This document shows, piece by piece, positions 18,076 to 28,349 of a stretch of DNA of 56,136 nt. Location: positions 1 to 56,136 of the IMG/VR virus record IMGVR_UViG_3300042987_002630. One strand, written 5' to 3'. Numbering within the stretch: position 1 is the stretch's first letter; every line of letters starts with the position of its first letter. The stretch comes from a virus. Its lineage: Duplodnaviria > Caudoviricetes. The position numbers and the translations under genes are program-made. The notes beneath the pieces were generated by a model, which had not been told where the DNA came from, did no database searches, and saw nothing but the letters and a program-made list of their open reading frames with translations.

Positions 18076-19317
18076 ATGACAACCACTATCCTATTTGAAG
18101 ATATCAGAGCCAATAAATTCAAAGATACTCTGTTTGAAACTGTTAGCCATGAGCCCTGGAGTTTGGAATACAAGATCATATTCCTAGAAACTCGTAAAGA
18201 ATTGGGTGTGTTGATCACAGAATGGCTGGATACGTGTGAAAAATATATGCTGTTGACGGAAGCTGCTGATGCAATGACAGATGAGCAAGCTGATGAAATT
18301 ATCAACAGATTCCTTGCTCGCAAGACCTTGCCTCGTACAGCTATTGACAATTTGCATGACAAATTGTCTGGGGGAGCAGAGGGTAAAAAGGGCTGGCTTC
18401 AAAAAACCTTGCAGTCACTAGCATCCAAGTTTTTTGCACCTATTCGCACGGGTTTGGACAAATTAAACAAAATTACTACCTATGCTCCAGTAGATGATTC
18501 CATCCAAATCTTGATTGCCAAGATTGATAGCAAGACCAGTGACAAGATGGTCAAAAAATTGTTGAATATGATTCGCAGCTTCAGCAAAAATAAGAAAGCC
18601 AGTTGGTTGACAAGCGCCGTTTTGATGATCTTGGGTGTGGTACAGTCAATGTGGAGTTTACCGTTTATAGGTACAACCATAATTGGATTGACTGTTTTGA
18701 CTGCGGCAATTCGTATAATTTCCGATCTCATGCAGGGAAAGAGCATAGGATACGCTGTTGGTAAAGCTGTTACACTATTTGGTGCTGGATATGCAGCCAA
18801 AGAACTTTTTGACATGGGCATGAGCTTGTTGAATCAGGTTGAGAATTTACCAATTCCTCCAAAGCCACCCTTAGGAGATATTAGTAGTGATAGTGCCCTA
18901 ATGAACCCTGAAGATCTTGCCGGTCCGGCACGGCCAGCATCTGCTCCGCCGTCAGCGGAGGAGGTGCCGGTGATCCAGCCGGACGATCGCCCCATCCGTG
19001 TCAAGCCCGAGGAGGTTTCGGTCGGAAACGGTCCGTTTGACCCTGAGTCAGCATCTCTTCCGTCAACCGGCAATCCGTACATTGATAAATTACAGGATTT
19101 ATACAGAATGCCTATCAAATCCTATTCTGGCAGTTTCCGTGATGCCTTTGCGGCTGCAAGGAAAGACTTGGGGAGTGGGGGCATATTTTCCTGGACTGAT
19201 CCTGCTACAGGACAAATAAAACCCTTCACTACTAATACAAGAGGAGAAGGGCAATTTGCCAATCTGGCTACAGACGTAGTGAATTACCTCCCGCCGCGGA
19301 AAGCCAGGCGCCTTTAG
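18076..19317 (+). CDS. Hypothetical protein with hydrophobic helices and a C-terminal SFRDAFAAAR...FSW module; last codons supplied by the IS left end
   Basis: 413-aa ORF; removing the element restores ...VVNYFRGRK* ending at 20591. Confidence 0.65.
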   Translation: MTTTILFEDIRANKFKDTLFETVSHEPWSLEYKIIFLETRKELGVLITEWLDTCEKYMLLTEAADAMTDEQADEIINRFLARKTLPRTAIDNLHDKLSGGAEGKKGWLQKTLQSLASKFFAPIRTGLDKLNKITTYAPVDDSIQILIAKIDSKTSDKMVKKLLNMIRSFSKNKKASWLTSAVLMILGVVQSMWSLPFIGTTIIGLTVLTAAIRIISDLMQGKSIGYAVGKAVTLFGAGYAAKELFDMGMSLLNQVENLPIPPKPPLGDISSDSALMNPEDLAGPARPASAPPSAEEVPVIQPDDRPIRVKPEEVSVGNGPFDPESASLPSTGNPYIDKLQDLYRMPIKSYSGSFRDAFAAARKDLGSGGIFSWTDPATGQIKPFTTNTRGEGQFANLATDVVNYLPPRKARRL

Positions 19318-20573
19318 GCCCTGGATGGATAGCGGCTTTTTGAATAGATTATATAAATAGATTTATGAAACAGCGATATCGATACAGGATTTATCCAACC
19401 CCTGCTCAAGAACAACAGATGCGTTCTGTGGGCGGAGCAGTGCGATATCTATACAATCATTTCCTACGTGTAAACATTGATGAATATCAATTGAACAAAA
19501 AATTTGTTTGGCAGTTTGACATGTGCAAACAACTGACTGAATTGAAGAAACACAACAAATGGTTATCAGATACCTACAGTCAAGTACTACAACAAAGCAT
19601 AAGTGACTTGGATACAGCACTGAAAAATATGAAAAAGACAGGTGCTGGATTCCCCAAATTCAAAAGCAAATGCACAACACCTGTTAGCTTTAGATATCAA
19701 CAAAATGTGAGAGTTGACAACAACAAGCTATATCTACCCAAGATTGGTCACATCAAGATTGTATTGCATAGGGATTTGCCCACATTCAAGGGTGTGACTG
19801 TAACTCAAACACCACGTGGTTGGTATGCAAGCTTTGTGGTGGATGTGGCAGAACTGCCATTGGTTCAGAACATAACCAACCCGGTGGGGGTGGATGTCAA
19901 CAGCAAATTCACGGCATTGAGCACTGGTGAATTGATTGCCAATCCCAAGCCATTGGGGAAGAAACAAGCACGTATCCGACTGCTACAACGCAAACTATCC
20001 AGAAAACAAAAAGCAAGTAGAAATAGAACCAAAGCAAAACAAAAACTGGCACGAACTCACGATCTGGTTCGCTGCCAAAGAACTAACCATATACATCAGA
20101 CAAGTGCGAGAATAGCCAAATCACATGACCTGGTGTCAGTTGAAACACTGAAAATTGATGAGATGAGACGCAAGAGCAAGCCCATAGCCAAGTGTATAGC
20201 TGATGCTGGTTGGGCTATGTTGATTGGTGCATTGGCCTACAAGTGCCAAAGGCAAGGCCATCATCTCATTCGTATCAATCAGTGGCTACCCAGCAGCAAG
20301 ACCTGCTCCTCATGTGGTGCACGCAAAAGTCACATGGATCTCAAGCAAAGAGAATATCATTGTGATCATTGCGGAATAACTCAGCACAGGGACACTAATG
20401 CAGCCATCAATATTCGCAATTGGGGACATCAACAATGGACAATAGATCATGCAGGGCAGGAACTGCCCCAAGCGCCTGTGGATGTGATGGCAGATATTCT
20501 CGCCAATTGGGGTCAGATATCAGCCACTACGATGAAGCAGGAAGCCACAGCCCTTTAGGGCGTGGTAGTTCAC
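19288..20573 (+). mobile_element. IS200/IS605-family element carrying tnpB only (no tnpA)
   Basis: Target TTAC at 19284-19287, left end CTCCCGCCGCGGAAAGCCAGG...CCTGG, right end GCCCTTTAGGGCGTGGTAGTTCAC; ends shared with four other loci. Confidence 0.88.
19365..20558 (+). CDS. tnpB: TnpB RNA-guided endonuclease, intact
   Basis: YRYRIYPT HTH, GFPKFKSK, VGVDVN, VSVETL, PSSKTCSSCG...CDHCG, HRDTNAAINI. Confidence 0.95.
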   Translation: MKQRYRYRIYPTPAQEQQMRSVGGAVRYLYNHFLRVNIDEYQLNKKFVWQFDMCKQLTELKKHNKWLSDTYSQVLQQSISDLDTALKNMKKTGAGFPKFKSKCTTPVSFRYQQNVRVDNNKLYLPKIGHIKIVLHRDLPTFKGVTVTQTPRGWYASFVVDVAELPLVQNITNPVGVDVNSKFTALSTGELIANPKPLGKKQARIRLLQRKLSRKQKASRNRTKAKQKLARTHDLVRCQRTNHIHQTSARIAKSHDLVSVETLKIDEMRRKSKPIAKCIADAGWAMLIGALAYKCQRQGHHLIRINQWLPSSKTCSSCGARKSHMDLKQREYHCDHCGITQHRDTNAAINIRNWGHQQWTIDHAGQELPQAPVDVMADILANWGQISATTMKQEATAL

Positions 20574-20592
20574 TTTAGGGGTAGAAAATAAA

Positions 20593-21183
20593 ATGGCAAG
20601 AGATTGGAGAAGTGAATTAGTAGATTTGGGCGATCGCGTGGACGCCCAAGCTATTGTAGATGCAATGACACGTGCAGGATACAACAAACAACAAATCGCA
20701 AAAACATTGGAGGCATTTATGGCAGAAACTCCTGCAGCTGGTCCTGAGGCCAAACCCGATACCGGAACTGTACTAACTGTAGAACAGTTTATTGCTATGG
20801 TAAAAGACCCCAGCAAGATTGAAGAACTCAAACAGATACTTGCCAAGATGGATCCCAAGGCAGTGGCTGATCTTAAAGCCAAAATTGCTCCATTACTTAC
20901 ATCCTCTGATATAAATGCAAAATATGCTCAAGCTCTATCAGCTATGAGAAAATTTACAGCGTTGACAGGTAAAAAATTCTTACCCGCCAAATTATTTGCT
21001 ACTATCTTGGATAACCTGCAAAAAGGACAATATAATAAAGATTATGCAGTAATGGCAGCTAATCAAATTATGACATCGGGCCAGAGGGGATACAATGTGG
21101 CTCGGTTGCACAAACTGTGGGTAGCATACAACAAACTGGGTGCTAAAAAGGGTGGTCCCATGGAAGAGGATTATTCCTACTAA
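20593..21183 (+). CDS. Hypothetical protein
   Basis: 196-aa ORF coupled to the next gene (TAATG). Confidence 0.65.
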   Translation: MARDWRSELVDLGDRVDAQAIVDAMTRAGYNKQQIAKTLEAFMAETPAAGPEAKPDTGTVLTVEQFIAMVKDPSKIEELKQILAKMDPKAVADLKAKIAPLLTSSDINAKYAQALSAMRKFTALTGKKFLPAKLFATILDNLQKGQYNKDYAVMAANQIMTSGQRGYNVARLHKLWVAYNKLGAKKGGPMEEDYSY

Positions 21184-21944
21184 TGAAAATTACTGAAAGC
21201 AGTCTCCTACATAGTATCAGCAGTGCCAGGCGCTACAATGCCCTAGATATTGCTGATTTGTGCTTTTTGTATATGATCACATTGCACATATTGAGATGTG
21301 AATTTGAGTTTGCACCCATGGCAAGAGCATATGCTCATAAAACTTTGGGTTCAGGAGCCTTCAGCCATGTGCATATCAACAACACTGATTTGTATCAATT
21401 GTTGAACATCCTGTTGGCACAAAATGTATTGTGGACGCAAGAATTGAAAAATGCAGAAGCCAGTCATACATTTTTGAGTGACATTTATTTGAACCAATCT
21501 GATGTGATCAAGTTCCTGCGCAACATACAGCAAGGTGGATTCAATGCAGACATGAGCGCTAGACTGTTGTTGAAAATGGAACAGCAATTGAGAATCAGTG
21601 TTACCAACTACAAAAGTGTGAGAAGAATAGCCAGCGACTGGTTAGAGGCACATGTGGACAAGCATGCCAAAGCGTTGGTGGTTACCAGATTATTACAAGC
21701 ATTACGGCACAAAGCCGTCAGCGGGGATTTGAGAACCCAGTTGGAAAAATTAGCCCACAAGCAAGATCTGGAATACAAGGATGCTTGCGATCAAGAAACT
21801 GGCAAAAATTGCACAATTACGCCCACACCAGTTGTAAAACCAAAATCTCCGAGTTTGCTCAAGCAATTGGCAGTGGGCGCGGGATTGGGAGTGGGGGCAT
21901 ATTTGTTGGGCAAGGCCATGTTTGGTCCCAAGGATAACAAATGA
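21183..21944 (+). CDS. Hypothetical protein, probable head/internal protein
   Basis: MKITES N-terminus; hydrophobic C-terminal AVGAGLGVGAYLLG. Confidence 0.65.
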   Translation: MKITESSLLHSISSARRYNALDIADLCFLYMITLHILRCEFEFAPMARAYAHKTLGSGAFSHVHINNTDLYQLLNILLAQNVLWTQELKNAEASHTFLSDIYLNQSDVIKFLRNIQQGGFNADMSARLLLKMEQQLRISVTNYKSVRRIASDWLEAHVDKHAKALVVTRLLQALRHKAVSGDLRTQLEKLAHKQDLEYKDACDQETGKNCTITPTPVVKPKSPSLLKQLAVGAGLGVGAYLLGKAMFGPKDNK

Positions 21945-22354
21945 AAATACGTGAATTACAAGAGGCCATCAAAGGTTGGAAACATGCAGCAAGTGATATT
22001 GCTAGAATGAAAAAAGCAAAATCAGACGCTAAAAAACCAGCCAGGTTGGTAACCCTCAAAAAAAATGGTGCAGAAAGCAAGATGCACGATGCTGTGAGTT
22101 ATTTCCACAGTGAACAAGAAGCTAGAGATCGTCACGCATCAATTGTTAAATTAAATCCAGGGCGTAATATCCGTCACAATCTGTATATAGATGACAAATT
22201 TGTGGAAGTGTTGAATGAAACTGGCAGTGGGGGAGGCACCAGTTCAGGGGCCATAGCCAGTGTTGCCAACCCATTTGGGATTGTCATGCGACGTCCCAGC
22301 TTGTTTGGATATGTTCCTGCAAAAAAACGCAGCAAATCTAGGCAAAACAAGTAA
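21941..22354 (+). CDS. Hypothetical protein, probable internal head protein
   Basis: MKIRELQE N-terminus; LNETGSGGGTSSGAIASVANP motif. Confidence 0.65.
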   Translation: MKIRELQEAIKGWKHAASDIARMKKAKSDAKKPARLVTLKKNGAESKMHDAVSYFHSEQEARDRHASIVKLNPGRNIRHNLYIDDKFVEVLNETGSGGGTSSGAIASVANPFGIVMRRPSLFGYVPAKKRSKSRQNK

Positions 22355-22402
22355 AATTATAAATAGTCATGCAACAATGCAACCTTAACAAGGAGATAAA
22401 TT

Positions 22403-23098
22403 ATGGCCTACGGTCAAACTAACGTAAATGAAGGCGCACGTGGTGGTGAATTCCTCACTGGTGATCTCAGTTACTTCACTATCAAAACTGTTGTTCCTTG
22501 CTATCCTACCAATGTCAAGGCCCCTCTTGCTACTGCCCTCAAGGCACGCAACTGGACCAGCCTCTCTGCTGCCCGCACCATAACCGTGGTGGACGGCAAT
22601 GGAGCTAGTGTTACTTATGACACCGATGCAGAATACACAAGTGCCTACAACAAGCAACAGAATTTGGATACTCTGATGGCTGTGTTTTCAACTGGTGCCA
22701 ATCCAGTTGTTGTCAACATCAGTGCCGCAATCAGTGCCGATCCCAGCGCTGCAAATGCTGCATTCCCAGCTACTGCTACAGGCGTAGCCGACAATGAATT
22801 CGGTGCTACATACAACTCAGCCAACACCGCAATCTACACAATCAACATTGTTACTGAAAAATATCGTAGTTGGTTAGTAACAGGTGTTGGTGCAGGGTCA
22901 AATGCCAATGGGTATGAGTTGTTGTATGCATTGGATGGTGTGCCTGTGTTAGACACAACTGCAACAACTCCTGCAGGTCCGCAAGATGCAACAGGTATTG
23001 CTATTTCTGTGGCTACTGGTGCATTTGTTGTGGCTGGTGCAAGTGCAGACAACAACATCGTTGCTATTGCTAGCGACACACTACCCAAAGTTGCCTAA
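22403..23098 (+). CDS. Ala/Thr-rich virion structural protein (possible capsid decoration)
   Basis: TATAAATA at about 22358, strong SD AAGGAG, own terminator. Confidence 0.65.
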   Translation: MAYGQTNVNEGARGGEFLTGDLSYFTIKTVVPCYPTNVKAPLATALKARNWTSLSAARTITVVDGNGASVTYDTDAEYTSAYNKQQNLDTLMAVFSTGANPVVVNISAAISADPSAANAAFPATATGVADNEFGATYNSANTAIYTINIVTEKYRSWLVTGVGAGSNANGYELLYALDGVPVLDTTATTPAGPQDATGIAISVATGAFVVAGASADNNIVAIASDTLPKVA

Positions 23099-23121
23099 CC
23101 TACCTGGGTAGATCATCCTTC

Positions 23122-23145
23122 AAAAGGCGCAGCAATGCGCCTTTT
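23122..23145 (+). terminator. Intrinsic terminator
   Basis: AAAAGGCGCA-GCAA-TGCGCCTTTT. Confidence 0.85.
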
Positions 23146-23181
23146 GTTGTCTCTGGTAGAATATCTCTTAAATAGCTGATC

Positions 23182-23340
23182 ATGAAAGTAGACAATCTCG
23201 ACAACAAACTTTGTAAGACTGTGTTTGTTCGCAAAAATGGCGCAGTCAAGGCAGTCAAAATTCCCATAAAAGTCAAACCAGTTTTGGCTCAAACCCCCAT
23301 GTTCCCTATTGAAAGGCCCACCACAGATGGCACAAAATGA
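23182..23340 (+). CDS. Small hypothetical protein (52 aa), below the ORF-track cutoff
   Basis: MKVDNLDNKLCKTVFVRKNGAVK..., TAAATA 7 nt upstream. Confidence 0.45.
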   Translation: MKVDNLDNKLCKTVFVRKNGAVKAVKIPIKVKPVLAQTPMFPIERPTTDGTK

Positions 23341-24280
23341 ACTAGCAAAAAAGGTCAGTAGCCTTGTAGATCTCAGCATAAGTCGTGTGAAGGCAAGCAT
23401 GGACAAACTGCATGTTGAAGAATTGATCAATCTGTCTGCAGCCGTGGATCAACAAGATCAATCAGCTGTAAGAGCTATTTTGGATCAGGCCCAGCCAGAA
23501 ACCCAACTCAAGTTGACTGCCCAACAAACTCTCCGAGAGATCAATCGTATGGGCAAAGATTTGCTGAAAAAACACCAGCCCTTGGACAAAGTATGGGAAT
23601 TGATTGGCAACACCAATATAAATGACTGGAAAATCATGTGGCCAGCTATAGATCAGGATATCATGATATCTTTGTATGTACTAGCAGCTGATCAAGAAAC
23701 TGACAGTATTAGTGCAGATCAAGCAGCAGAAATTCATGATTATGGCCAAGATTTTGTCACCGAATCTCATGTGATTTATCGCAACCAATTATGCGAAGTT
23801 ACAGTTCCTAGAGGACCCAGTCATACCCTGGGGATCAATTATTTGGGGAAAACAAAAATGGTATCACGATCAGAAGTGCAAAAAATACAAGAACATGTGT
23901 TGGGAATGACACAAATGCCTCATTTGGGTAGAATGATGGAATTGGCTGGCATTGGATCCACGCCCAGTGTGCTTGATCATGGCATGACGGAAGATCATTT
24001 GCTTGCTACTCCACATGTGATTGTGCAACTGGATGTGCTGGACCCTTACCAAACTAGAGTGAAGGTGCCCAACCTGGATGGCACCACCACACTCAAAGGG
24101 TTGCAACTGAGAATAAATCGTTTGCAAAAGGAACTACAAGCACAAATCAACAAAAGTTTGTATGATCATGCAGAACACACATGCGAGCGGTTGAAAAACA
24201 GCTTGTATGCCATGCGTGTTGCCTTGGATTATTTGGACACCCAAACCACCCTTCAAGAGATGTCCAGTGAAAATCGTTGA
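23327..24280 (+). CDS. Hypothetical protein, probable head-associated
   Basis: Long ORF with LGRMMELAGI motif and many xxE sites. Confidence 0.6.
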   Translation: MAQNELAKKVSSLVDLSISRVKASMDKLHVEELINLSAAVDQQDQSAVRAILDQAQPETQLKLTAQQTLREINRMGKDLLKKHQPLDKVWELIGNTNINDWKIMWPAIDQDIMISLYVLAADQETDSISADQAAEIHDYGQDFVTESHVIYRNQLCEVTVPRGPSHTLGINYLGKTKMVSRSEVQKIQEHVLGMTQMPHLGRMMELAGIGSTPSVLDHGMTEDHLLATPHVIVQLDVLDPYQTRVKVPNLDGTTTLKGLQLRINRLQKELQAQINKSLYDHAEHTCERLKNSLYAMRVALDYLDTQTTLQEMSSENR

Positions 24281-24500
24281 ACTCATAATGGGCATAAACA
24301 CCATGCTCAGCAATGAGCAATATGCACTCTTGAAACACATACAACAACATCATCAGGGGTGTGTGTTACGCAAGCTCCTAAGTGAACGTGATCAAATGGT
24401 TGCCAACCAATTGGTCCACATGCAGGTGTTGACAAGAATACTTGATCAAGGCAAAATATGTTATCAGTTGCCTGACATTGACCAATCTTGGAGGTTATAA
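24267..24500 (+). CDS. Small hypothetical protein (GTG start, MKIVELI)
   Basis: LSERDQMVANQLV motif; overlaps the upstream stop. Confidence 0.55.
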   Translation: MKIVELIMGINTMLSNEQYALLKHIQQHHQGCVLRKLLSERDQMVANQLVHMQVLTRILDQGKICYQLPDIDQSWRL

Positions 24501-24501
24501 T

Positions 24502-25173
24502 ATGAGCACAGTGAGTTTGCAAGAACAACAGGCTATGGCAAGACTGTTGGCCATCATGAATGGTCAAACTCCTCCACCTTTGAATGAACAGTTCCACACA
24601 GCTAGTTCTGCACCCGTGGAATTGGCTGGTGCTGGCCAAATAACTGACCAAGACAAAACAGCCATGAAACAAATTTTGTTGAAGTTGGAACAAGCTGTAA
24701 GTGACACTAGCGCGGCCATGCTCAATGAGAGTGCCCAGAATATGCGTGTGCAGGAAGCCCTGGCTACACAGTCTGTGAATAGTGGTGTACGCATTGGAAT
24801 TTACAAAATTGAACAACAAAGGGACGAAAGCCGCATTGCTGGTAAACAGTTCTACAATGTGATCAACAGTGTTAGTAACCATATTGTTGCGCATGAACTC
24901 AGCTTGTATGAGGCAGCTCATGCACTGGTGCGTTATCTAAACAACGGCAAATATTTCAACAGTCCAGAAATTATCCAACTTTTGGAAGCAGAAAGGGCCT
25001 ATACCAGTCACAAAATTGACGCAGTGCGCTATCATCGCATGATGCAACGCGCGATCATAAACCAACAGCACAACAAAGCCCATCTCATGGAAACTCGCAA
25101 ACAGGCCAGCATGGACAGGGCCATGGTTCACAAACAACAAATCAAAAACATACATAACACGCAAATACTATGA
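24502..25173 (+). CDS. Hypothetical protein
   Basis: SD GGAGG before ATG 24502; ELSLYEAAHALVRYLN. Confidence 0.65.
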   Translation: MSTVSLQEQQAMARLLAIMNGQTPPPLNEQFHTASSAPVELAGAGQITDQDKTAMKQILLKLEQAVSDTSAAMLNESAQNMRVQEALATQSVNSGVRIGIYKIEQQRDESRIAGKQFYNVINSVSNHIVAHELSLYEAAHALVRYLNNGKYFNSPEIIQLLEAERAYTSHKIDAVRYHRMMQRAIINQQHNKAHLMETRKQASMDRAMVHKQQIKNIHNTQIL

Positions 25174-25472
25174 TTGTGACCCCTGCTGCCCTTGAGCACA
25201 TACAACAGCATGTGTGTGATCACACGCCCTGGTTTAGGATCACCATACAAGCTGGTGGATGTAACGGGTTTGAAAAAAAATTTCAGCTTACTGATCACAC
25301 AGATCCTGATGATATTACACTCTCTAATATGATTGTTCTGGATCCAATCACCTTTCAAATGCTAGACCATGCTGTGTTGGATTATGAGTGTTTGTTGCAT
25401 CATCAGGGATTGATTTTAAAGATACCACAAGCTACCAGCACATGCGGCTGTGGCAAAAGTTTTGATATTTGA
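25170..25472 (+). CDS. iscA: IscA/HesB-family iron-sulfur cluster assembly accessory protein
   Basis: VTPAALEHI...AGGCNGFEKKF...ATSTCGCGKSF; all three conserved Cys. Confidence 0.9.
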   Translation: MIVTPAALEHIQQHVCDHTPWFRITIQAGGCNGFEKKFQLTDHTDPDDITLSNMIVLDPITFQMLDHAVLDYECLLHHQGLILKIPQATSTCGCGKSFDI

Positions 25473-25593
25473 TTGTCAGACATGCGAAAAATTTAGAGAT
25501 GGTGTTTGGTGCAACATACCAACAAATTTTCTTAGCTTCAATCACTCATCCTAATCTGTTGTCTTGGGTGTGAATAGTCTTTGGCAAGAAGAT

Positions 25594-25825
25594 GTGAACT
25601 ACCATGCCCTAAAGGGACGTGGCCTCCTGCTTGATCGTGGTGGCTGACAGCAGACCCCAATGAGTGAGAATATCTGTGACCACATCCACAGAACGTATCT
25701 GTTGTTCCTGTTGTGGGGTTGGCTAAATCCAATATCTCAATTTCATATCTTGTCGATATATATAATAGAGTCCATTGCCGCTATCCATCCAAGGGGTCTA
25801 GCACCCTGGCTTTCCGCGGCGGGAC
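25594..25825 (-). mobile_element. Miniature non-autonomous derivative of the tnpB element
   Basis: Left end TCCCGCCGCGGAAAGCCAGGG after TTAT, a few tnpB 5' codons, then the last ~105 nt ending GGTAGTTCAC. Confidence 0.85.
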
Positions 25826-25857
25826 ATAAATAGGAACAAACAAACCGAGTTTGGACC

Positions 25858-28176
25858 ATGTTTATCAATACCCTGGATAGCCCTTCACACAAACTACAGC
25901 AGTTGCTACACACGCTCAAGCATGTACATCAGTTTGAGTTTGTAAGCCGTGAGCCTACTTATTTGCAAGAAGCACATGAGCATTACCAATCTGTTCAAGA
26001 TCAAATAGTCACCTCAAGTGCTTTCAACAGTTATCATTCCAATCCTGAATATACCAAAGCAGCTTTGATCACTGAAGCTGTAAAAATGCTATTGGAAATT
26101 GCCCCCAAGAGAAGGAAGAAATCTGCCGTGGAGGAAAGTAAAAAGAAGCACCCCAAACCTGACTTTTTGGATGTTGATCATGATGGCGATAAACAAGAGT
26201 CATTTAAAAAAGCTGTGGCAGATAAAGCCCAGGCAAGCAAACTAGATGAGAAATGGGGAACCAAGATGAAGACTGCTCCCAAAGATATGGGCAAATGGGA
26301 TGGATGGACCATCGCTGAACTGAAGGCTCGCAAGAAAAAGCTCATGGACAAAGAGGATCGTACTGCTGCCCAAAGCAAGGAAGTAAGACAAATCAATTTT
26401 GCTATTCGTGCCAAACAACAAGATAGTTTCGGCAAGATCAAGCAAGAAAGCATGCTCATGGAAGATGAAAATCTGGACAAGGCAGAAACATTATTGGCTG
26501 CAAAAGATTTGAGTGACCGTCTACAAAATATGGCCGAAGATGCAGCCAAGATGGCTGTGGATCGTTTGATGCCCTTGGTGGACATTATGAAGAGCCAATT
26601 TGGTCAAGAACCTGCAGATGGATTTAATTCTGTGGTCAAAGCACAACTACAAACTGTGTTGGATACTATTATTGCAGCCAAAGATCAAACTGATAATGCA
26701 ATTTTGTCCTTGCAGGGAGGTCAGATCCCCAGTCAGGCTGGTATTGCAGATATCAGCCAACCTTTGCCTGGTTCCGAGCTACCTGCACAACAGCCTGTAA
26801 CTGGTCCTGTTGGTGGACAAGAAGAATTCACAGCCACTCCTGCCACAGCTGGTCCAGCACAAGAACCCTTGGGTCGTAGCATGAAAGAGCCCATGGCAGA
26901 AACAATTCAAGTGGGGGACAATGTGCAATTTGCTTTTGTTAAAGGAATGACTCCTCTCAGAGGCACAGTTTTGGAATTTGTAAAAGTACGTAAAACACAA
27001 GAAAATCATTATGGATATATGGTTGATATCCGCAGTGACAACGTGATCTACAGCGTGCATCCAGATCATGCCCAAAAGTTGATGGAAGGCAGCGTGCCTG
27101 AATTTGTACCCACACCAAAAAAAGGTAGTGTACCCACTTTTGTTCCTGGCAATAAAAAACCTACCATTAGACCCACCAACACTAGCAAACACACACCTGA
27201 TAATAAAAAAGATCAGGAGTCAGCAGAACAGAAACAAGCTCCTGGTGGCAGAGATAATTATCAACAACAAAGTTTCACAGATTTCATGAACATGTTTAGT
27301 GAAAGCAAGAAAACTTGTATGGAATGTGGACAAGGATCATATATGGAAGCAGATGACGGAAAACTCAAATGCACAGAATGCGGCCATTTGATTTCCGAAA
27401 CTGCTCTCCCTTCCACCACACAACAATTGCAGAATATGGCTACCAAAGGCAAGGACGCAAATGGCAAGCCTTTGACTCCACAGCAAAAACAAGCTGCCAA
27501 AAAGGCAGCCAATGAACTAGCCAAAGCCAACTTGGAAGAAAAGCTAACCAAAAAAATGACAGCTGGTGAAATTATCAGTGATTTTCTGGCAAGTGATGAT
27601 CCCAAGTTCCAAGGCAAGAGCAAGGCTGAGCGTACCAAGATGGCACTGGGAGCATACTATAGCCTGCATCCAGAAAAGAGTAAACAACAAGAGAGTTTGA
27701 ATAATTTGAAAGCGGTTGTTGAATCACTAACAACTGAATACAACAACCTAAGGGTAAAATTTTCGGCTCACAAACAGGAATTTCAATATCAATTAAATCA
27801 AGGTCTAGTACAAGATATCCTGAATGAAGGATATGGTCTACAAGGAGCAGCTATTTTGGAACAAATCAAACTAATCAAACAACAACTGAAAGAAAAAAGA
27901 CAGCAACTACAACAAATCAGCCGAGATCTACATGCCCAATTGGATCTGGACCAAAAAATTATTGAGCGCGCACAAAGATTGCATGAACAAGTCCACAAGC
28001 TACCTTATGGAATTGTGGGACTTCTAACAGATAATACAAAATTCAAGAAATTTTTTGAATCAGAGCATGCAAGAGCAACATGGACAGAATTTAATCAAAG
28101 TACAATCAAAGAAAGTGTATTAATAGACCCCCAAGATCTATCAAGAATTAGCCAACGACTGACTGATACAATCTAA
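25858..28176 (+). CDS. Large prohead core/scaffold-like protein
   Basis: Coiled coils, PDFLDVDHDGDKQES (DxDxDG) motif, multiple L/I-x-E sites, CxxC...CxxC insert; TAAATA upstream. Confidence 0.55.
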   Translation: MFINTLDSPSHKLQQLLHTLKHVHQFEFVSREPTYLQEAHEHYQSVQDQIVTSSAFNSYHSNPEYTKAALITEAVKMLLEIAPKRRKKSAVEESKKKHPKPDFLDVDHDGDKQESFKKAVADKAQASKLDEKWGTKMKTAPKDMGKWDGWTIAELKARKKKLMDKEDRTAAQSKEVRQINFAIRAKQQDSFGKIKQESMLMEDENLDKAETLLAAKDLSDRLQNMAEDAAKMAVDRLMPLVDIMKSQFGQEPADGFNSVVKAQLQTVLDTIIAAKDQTDNAILSLQGGQIPSQAGIADISQPLPGSELPAQQPVTGPVGGQEEFTATPATAGPAQEPLGRSMKEPMAETIQVGDNVQFAFVKGMTPLRGTVLEFVKVRKTQENHYGYMVDIRSDNVIYSVHPDHAQKLMEGSVPEFVPTPKKGSVPTFVPGNKKPTIRPTNTSKHTPDNKKDQESAEQKQAPGGRDNYQQQSFTDFMNMFSESKKTCMECGQGSYMEADDGKLKCTECGHLISETALPSTTQQLQNMATKGKDANGKPLTPQQKQAAKKAANELAKANLEEKLTKKMTAGEIISDFLASDDPKFQGKSKAERTKMALGAYYSLHPEKSKQQESLNNLKAVVESLTTEYNNLRVKFSAHKQEFQYQLNQGLVQDILNEGYGLQGAAILEQIKLIKQQLKEKRQQLQQISRDLHAQLDLDQKIIERAQRLHEQVHKLPYGIVGLLTDNTKFKKFFESEHARATWTEFNQSTIKESVLIDPQDLSRISQRLTDTI

Positions 28177-28181
28177 TCACT

Positions 28182-28212
28182 GGGCGAAGATGTGCCCAAC
28201 ACATCTTCGCCC
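28182..28212 (+). terminator. Hairpin, probable terminator
   Basis: GGGCGAAGATGTG-cccaa-CACATCTTCGCCC. Confidence 0.75.
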
Positions 28213-28349
28213 TTGCTCTATGAACACAAAAGAACCAGGCATCAACTATCTAATCATCATATATAAAGGGCTTGTGAGTCCAGCAGGTGTAGTCTACTGT
28301 TGGGCTGAAGCCACAACAGGCTTGCATGGCGAAGGACTAAATATGTGCT

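Noticed and set aside
25560-25593. Guide of the miniature element targeting the tnpB at 1-979 (shared TTCTTGCCAA near 180)
   Set aside because: Only about 10 nt match and there is no TTAY motif adjacent; consistent with chance.
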